DNA from: Candidatus Latescibacterota bacterium
GTDB taxonomy: Bacteria > Latescibacterota > UBA2968 > UBA8231
DNA length: 64,000 nucleotides
Direction: 5' to 3'
NCBI GenBank assembly: GCA_965203355.1
Contig: OZ241889.1
Span: 3,168,001 to 3,232,000 of the forward strand
The translations under genes and the position numbers were made by a program. Below the pieces are notes generated by a model that was not told the DNA's origin, did no database searches, and was given only the letters and a program-made list of their open reading frames with translations. Shown piece after piece: positions 37,995 through 47,737 of the stretch (positions are counted from its first letter, which is position 1; every line of letters begins with the position of its first letter).

Positions 37995-38848
37995 GTTGCC
38001 ATCCCCGATCCGCGCTGCAATCGCGCAATGTCTTCTTTAATCTCTGCCAAAGCCGCTCTGTGTCCGGTTGACGATGATACTAGCGCATGAGAAAACAACT
38101 TGACGAGTAACGGGTTGTGTGAATAGTCAATCCACCCTCCAGTGATGCTCTCAAAATAGCTCAGTCCATTCTTGGTGTGAGTCCACAGGCCGCGTTGCAG
38201 GGCGTTTGCCGTGGCATCGCCATAGCGCACCTCGCAAATATAGTCCCCAGCTATATTGTAAAAGCGATATACAGGATGCTTTCTGCCTTTTCCTCCTACT
38301 TCTTTCGCGATATGAGCGGCTTCACGCATTGCCCGGTTGTAGTCGAACACGAGTATGTTACACCGTTGGTGCTCTTCGTCGTAGATAAGCGGCAAAACGT
38401 TGATATTGCCAAACTCAACAAATGCAGGGTCTTGCAAAACCTTTTGCACCGCCATTCGTCCCCTTATTTCGGACCGCTCTTTTTCCAATCGTGGAAACAT
38501 GCGAAAGTTCTTGTCGGTGGAAAGCTGAAGCGGACCATCCCCATACGCTTTAAGGCTGACCGGAAACTCAGCTTTGGTGATTTCATTGATAATTTTGATA
38601 TCTTCCTCTTTTGACTTTGCTCGATAAAGATCTTTGCCGACGTGAACGGAGCGAAAGTCGTACATGTATTGATAGATGAATTCGGAGATCGCTATCTCCG
38701 CCAAGTCGCCGTGTGTCTTGTTTCCAATAAGACGCATGGTAAAGACGTTGCTGAGCGTGATCGCGATCAGATCTGGGTGTTTGCTGATTGACAGCTTCAG
38801 GCGATCCGTGAAGTCTTTGTAGGGATTGGGACCGTTCATCCAGCTCAT
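37991..38848 (-). CDS. Putative type II restriction endonuclease
   Basis: Lower GC, coupled to the MTase gene; HGDLAE...EEDI...SLK resembles a PD-(D/E)xK core. Confidence 0.6.
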   Translation of the reverse strand: MSWMNGPNPYKDFTDRLKLSISKHPDLIAITLSNVFTMRLIGNKTHGDLAEIAISEFIYQYMYDFRSVHVGKDLYRAKSKEEDIKIINEITKAEFPVSLKAYGDGPLQLSTDKNFRMFPRLEKERSEIRGRMAVQKVLQDPAFVEFGNINVLPLIYDEEHQRCNILVFDYNRAMREAAHIAKEVGGKGRKHPVYRFYNIAGDYICEVRYGDATANALQRGLWTHTKNGLSYFESITGGWIDYSHNPLLVKLFSHALVSSSTGHRAALAEIKEDIARLQRGSGMAT

Positions 38849-38914
38849 TTAACTGCTGAAAATTAAGGATATAAGACTTCTATCAAGGAAGCATGGTTCA
38901 AGTTATCTGCGCCC

Positions 38915-40468
38915 CTATCGCTTGTCAATATGACCTCGGGTCCAGTCGATCTGGACGCCGCTGTAATGCCTCAACCGCTGGTCGCGCTGGATGCGGTAGC
39001 GGCTGCTCAGCCGCCAGTCGCCATAGGCAATCCCCAGCAGCGCGTACCCGCGCCAGCCCGTACCGTGGAGCGAGCGAATGCTCACGGCCCCGGGCAGATC
39101 CGCCTCGTATTCGTAAATCCGCGTCCAATACGAGTCCGTGCGGAAGCGGCTCACGTGCAAGGTCAGCCAGCGCGTCTTAAACCGCACACTGCCCAACAGA
39201 CCCCACTCGGCGCGGCGCGCGCGGTGCCAGCGCACCCATTCGCCGCGCCAGCGCCAAGCCCCCCGCTCCAAGTCCAAGCGCCATTTGTGGCTGCGCTCTT
39301 GGGCCAACCGCTCGTCCGCCCAGTGCGGCCGCAGGCGTCTCTGCCACTGCCCGCGCATAGCCCAGTGGCGACCCAACGGCCGCCGCAACTCGCCTCCCCA
39401 AGTAGCATACGTAGCGGGCACGGGTATGAAGTAGGAGCGTGCGGGCCGCTGGTACACGTCCACGTAGCCGCGCCAGCCACGCCCGCGGACCTCGGCGACG
39501 ACGCCCTGCTCGTTCTGCATGGCCGAAGTCCCGGGCGCCGCGCCAAAAAAGCTGTGGAATCCCGGCGCGTAGTAGCGGCCCAGCGTCCGCATTCGCAGCC
39601 CTCCATACCGCCCTCGCAATCCCCCGACCACCCCCCAGTGCCCCATCCCATCGCCAGCCACCTCCAATGCCGCTCGGCCCCGATCCCATTCCACGCGCAG
39701 GTCCACAGCCCCTATGCGCTGCCGGTCGCCAACAAAGCCCCAAGGCGTCCGCCCATCCCGCCGCAAGTCAATCGGGTGAGAAAAATCCAAGGCCAGCAGG
39801 GTCGTGCCCCACTGCCAATGCTCGCCGCGCCAGTGTAGCCGCCCGCCGCCCGCGCGGATGCCCAGCAGGTCGCGGCCAGCCACCTCGGTCGCCGTCACGT
39901 GATAGCCGCTTTCGGGCAGGGACCGCACCTGCCCCTGTTCGTCCAAGCGTCCATCCCGACGCGTCCAACCCCCGAACACCATCCCACTCCACGCCCGGCC
40001 ATCGCCACGCCACGCCGCACCGCGCAGGGCCTGATTCTCCCCGCTAGAGCGATACCCCAAGCGCTGACTGTCGCCCGCCGGCATCCTCGGCGCAACACTC
40101 CCGCGCCGACTGCGCCCAAACACCAAGCCCGCTCCCGTGCCAGGCCGCAGGTCGCCGACGACCCATTCGGACCGCCGCCGCTGCACTGCGTAATAAAACG
40201 TCCTAAAATCGCTCCACCCGGCCTCGCCTGGATCGCGCTCGGCCAAGCCAAAAAACGCTTGTCCGCGAACCGGCGCGACCTCCACCCGCTGATACAACTG
40301 CCATCGCGCCCGAGCCAATTCAGCCCCGCGCACCCGCCACCGCATGGCCGCCGCGTCTAGCCTGCCCAAGTCGTCCAACCGCTGCTCCAAATAACCCGCG
40401 TCCTCTTCGCCCAAATCCTCTTGCGCCCACGCCGGGCCTACTAAAACCAACACCCATAGTCGCCACAT
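38915..40468 (-). CDS. Outer-membrane beta-barrel of the ComEA/HhH-associated family, no HhH motif seen
   Basis: E(K/R)DPGE, VGD...G.GL and F.TD.Y..RIY.YE.D....S.....G.G.R.Y motifs, recalled from Bacteroidota HhH-barrel proteins. Confidence 0.55.
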   Translation of the reverse strand: MWRLWVLVLVGPAWAQEDLGEEDAGYLEQRLDDLGRLDAAAMRWRVRGAELARARWQLYQRVEVAPVRGQAFFGLAERDPGEAGWSDFRTFYYAVQRRRSEWVVGDLRPGTGAGLVFGRSRRGSVAPRMPAGDSQRLGYRSSGENQALRGAAWRGDGRAWSGMVFGGWTRRDGRLDEQGQVRSLPESGYHVTATEVAGRDLLGIRAGGGRLHWRGEHWQWGTTLLALDFSHPIDLRRDGRTPWGFVGDRQRIGAVDLRVEWDRGRAALEVAGDGMGHWGVVGGLRGRYGGLRMRTLGRYYAPGFHSFFGAAPGTSAMQNEQGVVAEVRGRGWRGYVDVYQRPARSYFIPVPATYATWGGELRRPLGRHWAMRGQWQRRLRPHWADERLAQERSHKWRLDLERGAWRWRGEWVRWHRARRAEWGLLGSVRFKTRWLTLHVSRFRTDSYWTRIYEYEADLPGAVSIRSLHGTGWRGYALLGIAYGDWRLSSRYRIQRDQRLRHYSGVQIDWTRGHIDKR

Positions 40469-40610
40469 AATCTTTCCTCCTTTATCTGGACTCTTGCAAA
40501 GATTGTGCCATGCGGCGCAGGCAGTGGCTAGTATATCTTTTATTCCTTATCCTGTTTCGCTTAGGTTACAGTCCTATGCGGATAGTTTCCATCTCCCAAC
40601 GAGATCATAC

Positions 40611-41399
40611 ATGAGAATCTTCAAATACACTGTTTTGCTCGCCAGTTCCCTGCTCATCGCCTACGGCGACGACCATCCCGTCGAAAGACAGCCCGCCGCG
40701 CAAGAATACAACAGCGGGAATGCAGAAAGCCATTGGCGGGGAATCGAGATTCGTCCCGAAAGCAGATGTTCCCCTTACGATCGCAGCGACTATCGCTACC
40801 CGCAGTCCCTCGAGCTTGTCATTATCAAAGAGCTCGGCCGCATCTACAGCCCGTACACTGGGCGTTGTTTTTCTGGCCGGGGGGAGACGGACATTGAGCA
40901 CATCGTCGCGCTTTCCGAGGCGCACGACAGTGGGCTATGCGCGCCGGTCCCCAATGTCGCCAAGCTACGTCGAGCCTTTGCGGCCGATCCGCTCAATCTG
41001 ACGCTTGCCAGCCCTGAATTAAACCGCGGCCGCAAGCGGCACTACGACGCTGCCGAATGGCTGCCACCGTACAACCAATGCTGGTTTGCCGCCCGCATCG
41101 TCGAGGTGCGCCGCAAGTACGGCCTCACCATTGACCGCCGCGAGGCCGCCGCCTTAGACCGCGTGTTGGCGACTTGCTCTTCCACAGCGATGATCGGGCC
41201 GGCCGACGATTGCACCGGCGGGACCCTGCCCGCCCAAGCGCCGCCAGCAGGCACCCCGCTTAGCCTCTGGGACGACAACGGCAACGGGCGCATCACTTGC
41301 GAAGAGGCCCGTCGCCACGGCATCGCGCCCGTGTCGCGCAGCCATCCGGCGTATCCATTTATGCGCGACGGCGATGGCGACGGCGTGGTCTGCGAATAA
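40611..41399 (+). CDS. Secreted HNH nuclease (DUF1524-like) with C-terminal Excalibur Ca-binding domain
   Basis: DIEHIVALSEAHDSG...FA.DP.NL.L.....N..K...DAAEWLP; ends RDGDGDGVVCE. Confidence 0.85.
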   Translation: MRIFKYTVLLASSLLIAYGDDHPVERQPAAQEYNSGNAESHWRGIEIRPESRCSPYDRSDYRYPQSLELVIIKELGRIYSPYTGRCFSGRGETDIEHIVALSEAHDSGLCAPVPNVAKLRRAFAADPLNLTLASPELNRGRKRHYDAAEWLPPYNQCWFAARIVEVRRKYGLTIDRREAAALDRVLATCSSTAMIGPADDCTGGTLPAQAPPAGTPLSLWDDNGNGRITCEEARRHGIAPVSRSHPAYPFMRDGDGDGVVCE

Positions 41400-41427
41400 C
41401 GGCTAGTGCCGCTCAAAGGAGCCAAAC

Positions 41428-42255
41428 ATGAAACTCACCACCTGTAACGAATATTTCACCGACTGGCCCATCGAAGCGGTCTTCAACTACGCCGCCGACC
41501 TCGGATACGCCGCCGTCGAAATCGCCCCCTTCACCCTCGCCAACAGCGTCGAAGACGTTTCCGCGTCGCGCCGCACCCAAATCCGCGCCGCCGCCGCCCG
41601 CGCTGGCGTGGAAATCGCTGGCCTACACTGGCTCTTGGCCAGCCCCGACGGCTTGCACATCACCCATCCCGACCCAGCCATCTACCAGCGCACCTGCGCG
41701 TACTTCAGGGAGCTAGTCCGGTTCTGCGGCGACCTCGGCGGCCAAGTGATGATCATCGGCTCGCCCATGCAGCGCAACGTGCAAGCGGGATGGGATCACC
41801 AAGAATGCTGGAACCGCATGCGTGCGGCGTTTGAAGGCAGCTTGGAATTAGCCCAACAGCACGGCGTCTATCTCTGCATCGAGTCCCTGAGTAAAGACCA
41901 GACGAACATCATCTCCACCTGCGCCCAAGCGCGCAAAATGGTCGCCGAGATCGACCACCCGCACTTCCAGACCATGGTCGATGTGTGCTCCGGCTCCACC
42001 GAAGAAATTCCCGTTGCCCAGCTTTTGCGCGACGCCGGCCAGCACCTCTACCACGTCCACGTCAACGACGCCAACAAACGCGGCCCGGGCTTTGGCAACA
42101 CCGATTTCGCCAGCGTCATGCAGACGCTCAAGGACCTCGATTATCAGCGTTACGTCTCGGTAGAAGTGTTCGATTTTAATCCGGATCCGCGCACCATTGC
42201 CGCTGGCAGCCTGCACTACCTCAAGGGCCTTGCCGCCGCCTTGGACCTCTCTTGA
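41428..42255 (+). CDS. Sugar phosphate isomerase/epimerase (AP-endonuclease-2 TIM barrel, ketose 3-epimerase-like)
   Basis: C.E.L, D, HVHVND.N...PG.G..DF and VSVEVF metal-ligand pattern. Confidence 0.85.
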   Translation: MKLTTCNEYFTDWPIEAVFNYAADLGYAAVEIAPFTLANSVEDVSASRRTQIRAAAARAGVEIAGLHWLLASPDGLHITHPDPAIYQRTCAYFRELVRFCGDLGGQVMIIGSPMQRNVQAGWDHQECWNRMRAAFEGSLELAQQHGVYLCIESLSKDQTNIISTCAQARKMVAEIDHPHFQTMVDVCSGSTEEIPVAQLLRDAGQHLYHVHVNDANKRGPGFGNTDFASVMQTLKDLDYQRYVSVEVFDFNPDPRTIAAGSLHYLKGLAAALDLS

Positions 42256-42307
42256 CAGTAGCACCCTTTTTGCGAACCTTCGGGCTTCCACCAAGAAAGG
42301 ATTTCCC

Positions 42308-42682
42308 ATGCCCAACTACACTTTCAACCACGTCCATCACGAAGCCGTTGACGTCCACGCCGCGGTTGACTGGTACAAAAAGCTCTTCGGTGCCACCAGC
42401 GACCCGCCCTTTGAGCGCGGCGGCGCGACTTGGGTGCCAGTCCACATCGGGGCCGTGCAAATCACCGTCACCGATCGCGAGTTTGCCCCCATGGAATTGG
42501 GGCGCTACCAAGGCTACGACCACATCGCCCTCGTCTCCGATGACTTCGATCAAACCCTCGCCGACATCGCCGCGCACCGCGTCGAAATCTGGCTGGGGCC
42601 GGTCGCACTCGACGACGGCAACCGCATCGTCTTCATCAACGGCCCAGACCACGTCAAAATCGAACTGATGGAGCAGCGCTGA
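42308..42682 (+). CDS. VOC/glyoxalase family protein
   Basis: FNHVHH...WY..LFG; DHIAL...D; F..GPD.VKIELME. Confidence 0.88.
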   Translation: MPNYTFNHVHHEAVDVHAAVDWYKKLFGATSDPPFERGGATWVPVHIGAVQITVTDREFAPMELGRYQGYDHIALVSDDFDQTLADIAAHRVEIWLGPVALDDGNRIVFINGPDHVKIELMEQR

Positions 42683-44563
42683 GTGGAAGTCCGTCCCTTT
42701 GGCTTGTGGCCGAGCGCACTCTCGCCCGACGACCTCGCCGCCGCCATCCGGTTGTCTGACCTCGCTTGGGATGCCGACGGCCGCACCCTCGTCTGGCTCG
42801 AAGGGCGGGGGCCGCAAGGCGTCTTAGTCTGCCAAGCACCTAATGCGGCACCGCGCGACCTCAACGCCGCACTTTCAGTGCGGGCCCGCGTCGGCTACGG
42901 GGGCGGCGATTTCGCCGTCCATCGCGGCCAGGCGTATTTTGCCGAGCAGTCCTCCGGCCGCCTCTATCGGCAGGCACTCTCCAGCGGGCCGGCTCAGCCC
43001 ATTACCCCGGACTTTGGCTATGCCGCGGCTCCCACGCCTTCTCCTTCGGGCCGCCATCTGGTCTATGTCCATCACTACGAGGGCCGCGACTGCCTCGCCT
43101 TAGTGGATGCGGCGGGAAGTTGTTGGCCGCAACGCCTCGTCGAGGGAGCCGATTTTTACATGCAGCCAACTTGGCATCCCAGCGGCGACCGCCTCGCCTG
43201 GATCGAATGGGACCATCCGCAAATGCCCTGGGACGGGACGCGCCTAATGCTGGGTCAAGTAACGCGCAGCCGCCGCGGCCTGCCCCAGTTGCGCACCTCC
43301 GAGCTAATTGCCGGCGACTTCGACACGGCCGTGGCCCAGCCCAGCTTTTCGCCCGATGGCCGCGCCCTCCTGTACACGTCTGACCAACGCGGGTACTCTC
43401 AGCTTTGGTGCCTCGATTTGGCGAGCCGGGCGACGCGCTGCCTCAGCGAGGACGCGTACGACGTAGCTGGCCCGGCTTGGGTCCAAGGCCGACGGGCGTT
43501 TTCGCTGGCGGCCGATAGCCGCACCCTGTATTTCGTCCGCAGCGAAAACGGCCAGCGCACCGCGTACCGCCTCGACCTCCACAGCGGTGCGCTGGCCAAG
43601 GTCCCGGCCTTGGCAAGCTATACCCACGTCGAACAAATCATCGCCGCGCCGCGCGGCCAGGGCCTCGCTTGTATGGCCTCGGCGAGCGCGGTCCCAGCCC
43701 GCATTGTCGCTGGCACCGCCGAGCAAATGCAGGTAAAGGCGCGCACGGCCACCGAGTTGCTAACCGCGGACGACCTCTCCGCACCGCAGCCGGTTTCCTG
43801 GCAAGCCGAAGACGCCACCCGCATCTTCGGCCTCTATTACCCCCCGGCCAGCCGCCGCTTTTGCGGGCGGGGTCGGCCCCCGCTGATCGCGACCATCCAC
43901 GGCGGCCCCACCGGCCAAGTCGAGACCAGCTTTGAGGGCCGCCACCAATACTTTGCCACGCGCGGCTGGGCTGTCCTCGACGTGGATTACCGCGGCAGCA
44001 CGGGCCACGGGCGCACCTACATGACCGCTCTGCGTACCCAGTGGGGCCTCCTCGACGTGGCAGACGCCATCGGCGGTGCCCAACACCTCGTTGACAACGG
44101 GCTAGCCGACCCAGAACGCCTCGTCATCATGGGCGGCAGCGCCGGTGGCTACACCGTCTTGCGGGCACTCACCACGCGGCCCGGCTTTTTCCGCGCCGGC
44201 ATTTGCCTCTACGGCGTGGCCAACCTCTTCACGCTCGCCGCGGACACCCACAAGTTTGAGTCCTGCTACCTCGACTCCATGATCGGCCCCCTGCCCGAAG
44301 CGGCTGCGGCCTATCGCGATCGCTCGCCGGTTTATGCTGCCGACCAACTCCGCGACCCGCTCGCCCTCTTTCAGGGGACCGACGATCAAGTCGTGCCCCC
44401 GGACCAAGCCGAGGCCATTGCGGCCTCGCTGAGCCGCCGCAACGTACCACACGTCTATCACCGGTACGAAGGCGAAGGCCACGGCTGGCGCAAACCCGAG
44501 ACCGTGCGGGCCTTCTACCAAGCCTGTGAAGCCTTCCTCCGCCAGCACGTTCTCTTTGCCTGA
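42683..44563 (+). CDS. S9 family peptidase (acylaminoacyl/prolyl oligopeptidase)
   Basis: Beta-propeller followed by HGGPT, GGSAGG, QG.DD.VV and GEGHG (catalytic triad). Confidence 0.92.
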   Translation: MEVRPFGLWPSALSPDDLAAAIRLSDLAWDADGRTLVWLEGRGPQGVLVCQAPNAAPRDLNAALSVRARVGYGGGDFAVHRGQAYFAEQSSGRLYRQALSSGPAQPITPDFGYAAAPTPSPSGRHLVYVHHYEGRDCLALVDAAGSCWPQRLVEGADFYMQPTWHPSGDRLAWIEWDHPQMPWDGTRLMLGQVTRSRRGLPQLRTSELIAGDFDTAVAQPSFSPDGRALLYTSDQRGYSQLWCLDLASRATRCLSEDAYDVAGPAWVQGRRAFSLAADSRTLYFVRSENGQRTAYRLDLHSGALAKVPALASYTHVEQIIAAPRGQGLACMASASAVPARIVAGTAEQMQVKARTATELLTADDLSAPQPVSWQAEDATRIFGLYYPPASRRFCGRGRPPLIATIHGGPTGQVETSFEGRHQYFATRGWAVLDVDYRGSTGHGRTYMTALRTQWGLLDVADAIGGAQHLVDNGLADPERLVIMGGSAGGYTVLRALTTRPGFFRAGICLYGVANLFTLAADTHKFESCYLDSMIGPLPEAAAAYRDRSPVYAADQLRDPLALFQGTDDQVVPPDQAEAIAASLSRRNVPHVYHRYEGEGHGWRKPETVRAFYQACEAFLRQHVLFA

Positions 44564-44601
44564 TGAGGAATAGTCCTTTGTCTTAAAGCTGCGTACTAAT
44601 T

Positions 44602-47121
44602 ATGCCCCAGCGAGTAAGCGAAATACAGGATACTTCCCTGCTTTTGTTTGGCGATCTCAAAAAACATGCAGCAGGGCTTGTTGTGCAATGTCGAGAACGA
44701 GACACTGCTGCAGTCGATCTCGTATCCCGCCTGATATTCGTACAGTTTTTGCAAGAAAATGGACACTTCGGAACAAAAAGGATAAACTACCTGCAAAATG
44801 CTGCACGAATAACGATAGCAAAGGGACAGGATCTATATGAAGACTTCGTCAAGATATTGTTTGATCAAATTCTCTCCGTTCCGCAAAAGAAAAGAATGCC
44901 TTCGCTTGACGAGCATCCACTTTTCCATGGGCTTCCCTATCTAGATAAAGCAGTCTTTACGTTACCCTTTGACGTAGCGACAACCGTTAATAACGAGCCG
45001 TTATATCGGCTCATCTGTAGCGTTTTTCCCAAGTACAATTGGAGTCTTGCCACAAAGGATAAAACACCTGCTGCAAACCACTTACCCAATATCGAACCAT
45101 GGATATTGGGTTATCTATACGAACGCGGGATCAACCGCAAGGAGACAGGAACGTATTTCACGCCTGATGATCTTTGTTATAATATCGCCCGCCATGCCAT
45201 TGAGAACTGGTTGTTGAACAAATATACGAGAGAATTTAAGACTGCCGACGTGCTCTTGCGGGCTTTCTCATGCACCGATAGAACATCTCGCCGGAATTAT
45301 GCGAATCGCCATCCCGATGTTCTCGTCTGGATCGAGCACTCGCTGAAAACAGTACGTATAATCGATCTAGCGGTAGGAGCTGGGGCCTTTCTGGTGGCAG
45401 CCGCGAACGTTCTCATGGACTTTTTTCAGTTTACCTCCCTATTGCAGACAAATAGTAGTTCCAAGATACCTACCATAAGAAGTATATTCGAGCAAAACAT
45501 CTATGGGATAGATATTGCTCCTCAAGCCCTCGACCTAGCCAAATTGCGACTATGGCTACTGGATCGAGCACTGTTATCTCCATCGCCGTCTAAGCACTTC
45601 TTAACCCCTATGAACAACCTAACAGCAGGCAATGCCCTTGTCCCTCTTTCGCTCTACAGTCCTAGCTATCAACTCTCCATATTTGACGACGCATCTACTA
45701 CTTTGCAGCGATCAGACGTGCGATCTTTTTTGAATCAAGGATTTGATATTTCTCTGGGAAATCCGCCTTTTGTCCCGCTAAGCCAGCAAAATAGCATTCG
45801 CGGCAAACGCGAATTCATCGAGTATTGGAATACCGCGCATCCTACCTACCCGCTTAAACCCACGTCGGATCTGAGCATGTTCTTTATTTTACGCGGTATT
45901 GAAATTCTCAACCGAGAGGGGATCCTATCCTATATCACTTCTCGCAACTTCTTCGATACCCAGTACGGAAAATCCATACGGCAGCACTTGACCAATGAAA
46001 TCAGTTTGCTCCACGTATTCACACTGCATACCCACCCCTTTACCCAATCGGGTATGAAGGCAAAAGCAAATACTGTCATCTTGACTTTGAGCCGCAGCAA
46101 ACCCGCTAGTGACAGTCTTCTATTTAGTCATCTTTCCGATTGGCAGAAACCTCTGCTCATAACTGAAGGCCGTCCCATAAAACGGCGCGATCTCGCTTTT
46201 TCTGATAACTGGACCGAGACGCTTTTTTTTCAAACGCAGATTCGCCAAGAGCTGATTTCCCTTTGTCCTACTACACTATCTCGATATACTCGATCTAAAA
46301 TGGGAGTAAAAACAGGTTGGAATGCTTTCTTTCTTTTGAGAGAAGATCGCGAGCCATTTCTGAACTTTTTCGCAAATGTTTCCGCTAATCACTTAGTACC
46401 CGCAGTAAAAAATTCGCGGAGCCTGCGTGGCTTTGTTATCCCTCAGCGAACTCCTTTTAGATTGCTGAACTTATATAGGCGAGTGAGCGAAAGTGAACCC
46501 GTTTTCAAGTACATTCAAGAATGCGGCACTAGCACCGAAAATTTAGCCAAGCGAATGTCCATCAAAGGCCATTATCCAGAGTGGTACACCCTCTCTCTAT
46601 CCAATCCTCCAGCTATTGCTATTCAATGTATCGTCGATACTACCATTGGCGTCTTCTGGAACAAGTTTAGAATTTATGCAACAGATCAATTTCAAGTTAT
46701 CGAACCCTCTGGAGATCGCGAGCTTGACATACTCCTCTTTCTGTTTCTCTCTAGTAGAATTTCCCATATATTGCTAGAAGGCCGCGGACTTCACCGGGCG
46801 CGGTTTGATGGTAGTTTTATGCTAAAAATTCAAGTTGGTCACCTCAACAATTTGCCGTGTCCGGATTTTGCTTCATTTCCCTCAAATATAAGAGAAGGAT
46901 TATTGAAGACCATGGACCCTATTTTGGACATTCAAGACCGCAAAGACGAGAAAGCCCATCTCCTCATCGATCAACTCGATGAGCTATTTTTAAGAGGACT
47001 TGGGTACAGAGGTGCTAACATGTATAGTCTCCAAAAAGAGCTCAAGAGTGCCCTCAATGAGGCGATAAAGTTTCGGTGGACTAAAGCCCGTTCGGAGTTG
47101 TCTCGAAATGGTCCACGGTAA
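44602..47121 (+). CDS. N6-adenine DNA methyltransferase (gamma class, Eco57I/TaqI-like)
   Basis: TGTYFTP, IIDLAVGAGAFL, YGIDI and GNPPF; clearly AT-richer than the flanks. Confidence 0.9.
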   Translation: MPQRVSEIQDTSLLLFGDLKKHAAGLVVQCRERDTAAVDLVSRLIFVQFLQENGHFGTKRINYLQNAARITIAKGQDLYEDFVKILFDQILSVPQKKRMPSLDEHPLFHGLPYLDKAVFTLPFDVATTVNNEPLYRLICSVFPKYNWSLATKDKTPAANHLPNIEPWILGYLYERGINRKETGTYFTPDDLCYNIARHAIENWLLNKYTREFKTADVLLRAFSCTDRTSRRNYANRHPDVLVWIEHSLKTVRIIDLAVGAGAFLVAAANVLMDFFQFTSLLQTNSSSKIPTIRSIFEQNIYGIDIAPQALDLAKLRLWLLDRALLSPSPSKHFLTPMNNLTAGNALVPLSLYSPSYQLSIFDDASTTLQRSDVRSFLNQGFDISLGNPPFVPLSQQNSIRGKREFIEYWNTAHPTYPLKPTSDLSMFFILRGIEILNREGILSYITSRNFFDTQYGKSIRQHLTNEISLLHVFTLHTHPFTQSGMKAKANTVILTLSRSKPASDSLLFSHLSDWQKPLLITEGRPIKRRDLAFSDNWTETLFFQTQIRQELISLCPTTLSRYTRSKMGVKTGWNAFFLLREDREPFLNFFANVSANHLVPAVKNSRSLRGFVIPQRTPFRLLNLYRRVSESEPVFKYIQECGTSTENLAKRMSIKGHYPEWYTLSLSNPPAIAIQCIVDTTIGVFWNKFRIYATDQFQVIEPSGDRELDILLFLFLSSRISHILLEGRGLHRARFDGSFMLKIQVGHLNNLPCPDFASFPSNIREGLLKTMDPILDIQDRKDEKAHLLIDQLDELFLRGLGYRGANMYSLQKELKSALNEAIKFRWTKARSELSRNGPR

Positions 47122-47136
47122 TTGGTGGGAGCGATC

Positions 47137-47677
47137 ATGGTGATTTCATGCAAAAAAACTGGGCAAAACAATTCTCAAATACTTGCGTCCCAAGCTTACG
47201 GAAAGCCCATTGGAAGAATTAGAAAACCTAATTCTCGAATACTTACTTGCAAAGCGCTCTATCCAGATAGAGGATCCCCAAGAGCGACAGGGAAATAGTA
47301 AGCTCTGGGAAAAAGACTTGGCAGAATTCTTCATCGAACGGGACCTTGAGTTCACTCGCAACGATTCCCAAAGCCCCGACTTTGAACGTCCCTTGAACTT
47401 TGATCTAAAGACGGTGCGCAGCGACCGCTCGACTCTGACCTTTACGGTTGCTCCATTGACTGAAAGACAAGCAAAGACGGGGAAATTGCCCTATCGGATA
47501 GTTGTCTTGATTTGGGAGTATAACTCCACTGATCGCTACGGAAAAGCGGTGAATGCTGTTGTAATTCCCAAAAAGGCACGTACGGTTCTAACTAATTGGA
47601 GTTACAAAGGCATTCAAGTAAAGTCGGGAGTTTCCAACGAACTGATTCAAGAAAAAGGCTTGTTATCACGGTCGTAA
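47137..47677 (+). pseudogene. Putative restriction endonuclease, possibly frameshifted at A7 (or an intact gene with TTG start at 47183)
   Basis: SPDF...FDLKT fits PD-(D/E)xK. The GGGAG plus ATG at 47137 joins the main frame only if one A of 47152-47158 is removed. Confidence 0.5.
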
Positions 47678-47737
47678 CAATTGACAATACAGCTCTATCG
47701 ACGCGCACCAACCTACTAAAGCCCAAAGGAGTATCCC

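Noticed and set aside
47108-47143. In-frame TGA upstream of the nuclease ORF as selenocysteine or readthrough
   Set aside because: No obvious SECIS-like hairpin or redox context; the A7 frameshift explanation has the better RBS.
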